Virus record (IMG/VR): IMGVR_UViG_3300048926_000477
From: a virus
Length of the DNA stretch: 64,000 nt
Direction: 5' to 3' (one strand)
The position numbers and the translations under genes were made by a program. Positions 62,153 to 64,000 of the stretch are shown here, piece by piece (position 1 is the first letter of the stretch; every line of letters begins with the position of its first letter). The notes under the pieces were generated by a model. It made no database searches, was not told where the DNA came from, and saw nothing but the letters and a program-made list of their open reading frames with translations.

Positions 62153-64000
62153 TTGCCCTTCCCCTCCTACATCACCACCCGGACGGTCACCGTCGGTGGC
62201 GCCAGCGGCCTCGAGACGGGCCGTGCGCTCCCGATCCTCATCTCCGTCCAGGCCTCGCGGGCCCTCGTCTGGGCTGAGACGGGCTACCGCTTCGAGCTCG
62301 ACACGGCGGCCGCGCAGGCCATTCCGGGTGCAGAGGCGAGCATCACGCTGCCGACCACCGACATCCAGGGGTGGATGGACGCAGAGTCGAAGCAGCTCAT
62401 CGACGTGTCGGCCGAGGGCTCGTACAGCCACCAGTACGTTGCCACCTTCCAGGCTGGCTCCAAGACCTACACCGTCGGCCCATTCGTTCTTCCTCTGGGC
62501 GATGGCTCCCCCATCGACCTCGACACGATGCTGCAGGCCGAGACCGTCGCCGGCGGGCAGGTCACGATCCCCGACTCTTGGAGTGGTGTGGTGGCCGAGG
62601 CCGCCGCCGCCGCCCTTGGCGCCGAGCAGACGCTCACACAGCTCGAGGCTCAGCGCGGCGTTCCGGGCGGCTTCGCGGACCTCGACGAGGACGCGAAGCT
62701 GCTCGAGTCGCAGCTGCCCGAGCGCCTCTCACCCGATGGGCTAAACACTGCCATTGGGGACATCGTGAATCCGGCGGTTGCGACCAAGGCGCCGGTTACT
62801 CGGGGCACACTGTTCGCTGCCCGACGCTGGGTTCTCGCTGCCGATTCTCACGGCGCGGGTCTCGGTACCAGTGCCGCAGGTTACGAGTACGCGCAGCAGG
62901 CGATGCACTATGCGGGGACGTTCTTTGCCCGTCGTGACTACATCCAGGGCAGCATCGCGGGGCAGAACAGCATCGAGGTGCTCGCGCGCGTCGATGGGCT
63001 GCTCGCCACGGCCGGTGCTGGCGGATTGATCATCGAGGTTGGTGCGAACGATGCATCCGAGGCTCGGTCGGTCACTGACTTCATGGCGAACATGCTTGCC
63101 ATGACCGATAAGGCCAAGGCTAAAGGTCTTCCGGTGATCTGGGTCGGGGTTCCCCCGAAGGCGGCGCTTGCTCCGAGTGCAAGCAGCGGGCGAACCTACG
63201 TGGAGCGGTACAACGCTGCGATGCGCCTGTCAGCAGGTGCAGCTGGCGTGTTGTTCGCGGACATCCACCCCGCTCTTGTCGACGGAGCAACCGGCAACCT
63301 CCTTGAGGTGTACCGCAGCGACCTCTCCGACACGTTCCACATGAACGACCTCGCGCACGCTCGCATCGGCGACATTCTGGGTGAGCAGATTCGCGCGGCA
63401 CAGACCTCGTTCCCCTACCCCGCAAAGGTGCAGAACGACCCCCTATCCCTCATCACGAACGGCTTCATGGTCGGTTCCGGCACGGTGCCGGATGACTGGA
63501 CCAATGAGAGCACCGCGGGTGACGCCGTCGTCTACTCGATCGTGGACGACACATCGGGTGAGCTCCCCGGAGGGCGGTGGTTTGAGTGCCACATCGGGCC
63601 GACAACGCAGCTCACGTCGCGTCTGCTGCGCCACAACCTGAAGTCGACGGGATGGGCTGCAGGAGATGTTCTCGCGCTGACGTGCATGATGCAGATCGAA
63701 GACACCAGCGGGACTCTGCTCAACGACCTCAACCGCGACCATACGGCCTCCTACTCGATCGGCGTGCGGATGGGATCGACGACTCTTACTCCGACGCAGA
63801 ACAGCGCACACGGACGCAAGAAGGGCAACGTCTACACCATCGGTCCGGTGTGGCTTACGGGAGCAGTCCCCGCGTCGAACTCGGACCCGCGTATCCGCTG
63901 GCTCGTGCAACTCCCTGCGGGAGCTCGCGAGGCTAAGTTCCGCATCGGCGCGGTGCAGGTCCTGAACCTCACGCAACTCGGAATCGCAGAGCACCGCTGA
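62153..64000 (+). CDS. large structural-region protein with an SGNH/GDSL hydrolase domain (3' end truncated by the window)
   Basis: SGNH blocks: I VLAADSHGAG (Ser nucleophile), II QGSIAGQNS, III IIEVGANDAS, V SDTFHMNDLAH (DxxH); start at TTG 62153 or ATG 62102. Confidence 0.55.
   Translation: MPFPSYITTRTVTVGGASGLETGRALPILISVQASRALVWAETGYRFELDTAAAQAIPGAEASITLPTTDIQGWMDAESKQLIDVSAEGSYSHQYVATFQAGSKTYTVGPFVLPLGDGSPIDLDTMLQAETVAGGQVTIPDSWSGVVAEAAAAALGAEQTLTQLEAQRGVPGGFADLDEDAKLLESQLPERLSPDGLNTAIGDIVNPAVATKAPVTRGTLFAARRWVLAADSHGAGLGTSAAGYEYAQQAMHYAGTFFARRDYIQGSIAGQNSIEVLARVDGLLATAGAGGLIIEVGANDASEARSVTDFMANMLAMTDKAKAKGLPVIWVGVPPKAALAPSASSGRTYVERYNAAMRLSAGAAGVLFADIHPALVDGATGNLLEVYRSDLSDTFHMNDLAHARIGDILGEQIRAAQTSFPYPAKVQNDPLSLITNGFMVGSGTVPDDWTNESTAGDAVVYSIVDDTSGELPGGRWFECHIGPTTQLTSRLLRHNLKSTGWAAGDVLALTCMMQIEDTSGTLLNDLNRDHTASYSIGVRMGSTTLTPTQNSAHGRKKGNVYTIGPVWLTGAVPASNSDPRIRWLVQLPAGAREAKFRIGAVQVLNLTQLGIAEHR

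Noticed and set aside
1-64000. CRISPR arrays
   Set aside because: No direct-repeat/spacer periodicity seen; the only periodic repeats are iterons (39.2-39.4 kb) and the tail-fibre octad repeats.

Overview
This window is high-GC (~68-70%) DNA that reads as most of a tailed phage genome of an actinobacterial host with a non-mycolic cell wall; no integrase or classical CI-type repressor is seen. Whether it is a virulent phage or a prophage sits on the window and cannot be settled here. Genes are in three blocks. (i) + strand 1-15526: the end of the virion module (major tail protein, tail assembly chaperone G/GT, 1463-aa tape measure, Dit, minor tail proteins, tail fibre), an M15 peptidase endolysin, holin-like and collagen-like membrane proteins, an HTH-metallophosphoesterase and a small membrane protein. 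(ii) - strand 41447-15648: a long leftward early/replication operon of ~60 tightly coupled genes, including small HTH proteins, an SNF2-type helicase, RtcB RNA ligase, WhiB, a Cas4-like exonuclease, an AAA_24 ATPase, a DUF669-like protein, tRNA-Asn, a primase-polymerase/SF3 helicase and RuvC. (iii) + strand 41693-64000: small early genes, an SPFH protein, MazG, a DnaQ-like exonuclease, nucleotidase, dNMP kinase, NrdH, a DndB-like DGQHR protein, TerS/TerL, portal, protease/scaffold, major capsid, head-tail adaptor and an SGNH-hydrolase protein. Most notable are two repeated non-coding motif families: a TTAGCTAGCTAA / TTATCTAGATAA palindrome in at least 16 copies, two of which flank a near-consensus early promoter, and a CTAGACTCCGCCGCC-ATG start-associated element. 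Also notable are an AT-rich iteron region (39150-39610), a DGQHR island in front of the terminase, and an RtcB plus tRNA pair. All calls come from reading the translations and sequence motifs by eye; no database searches were run.
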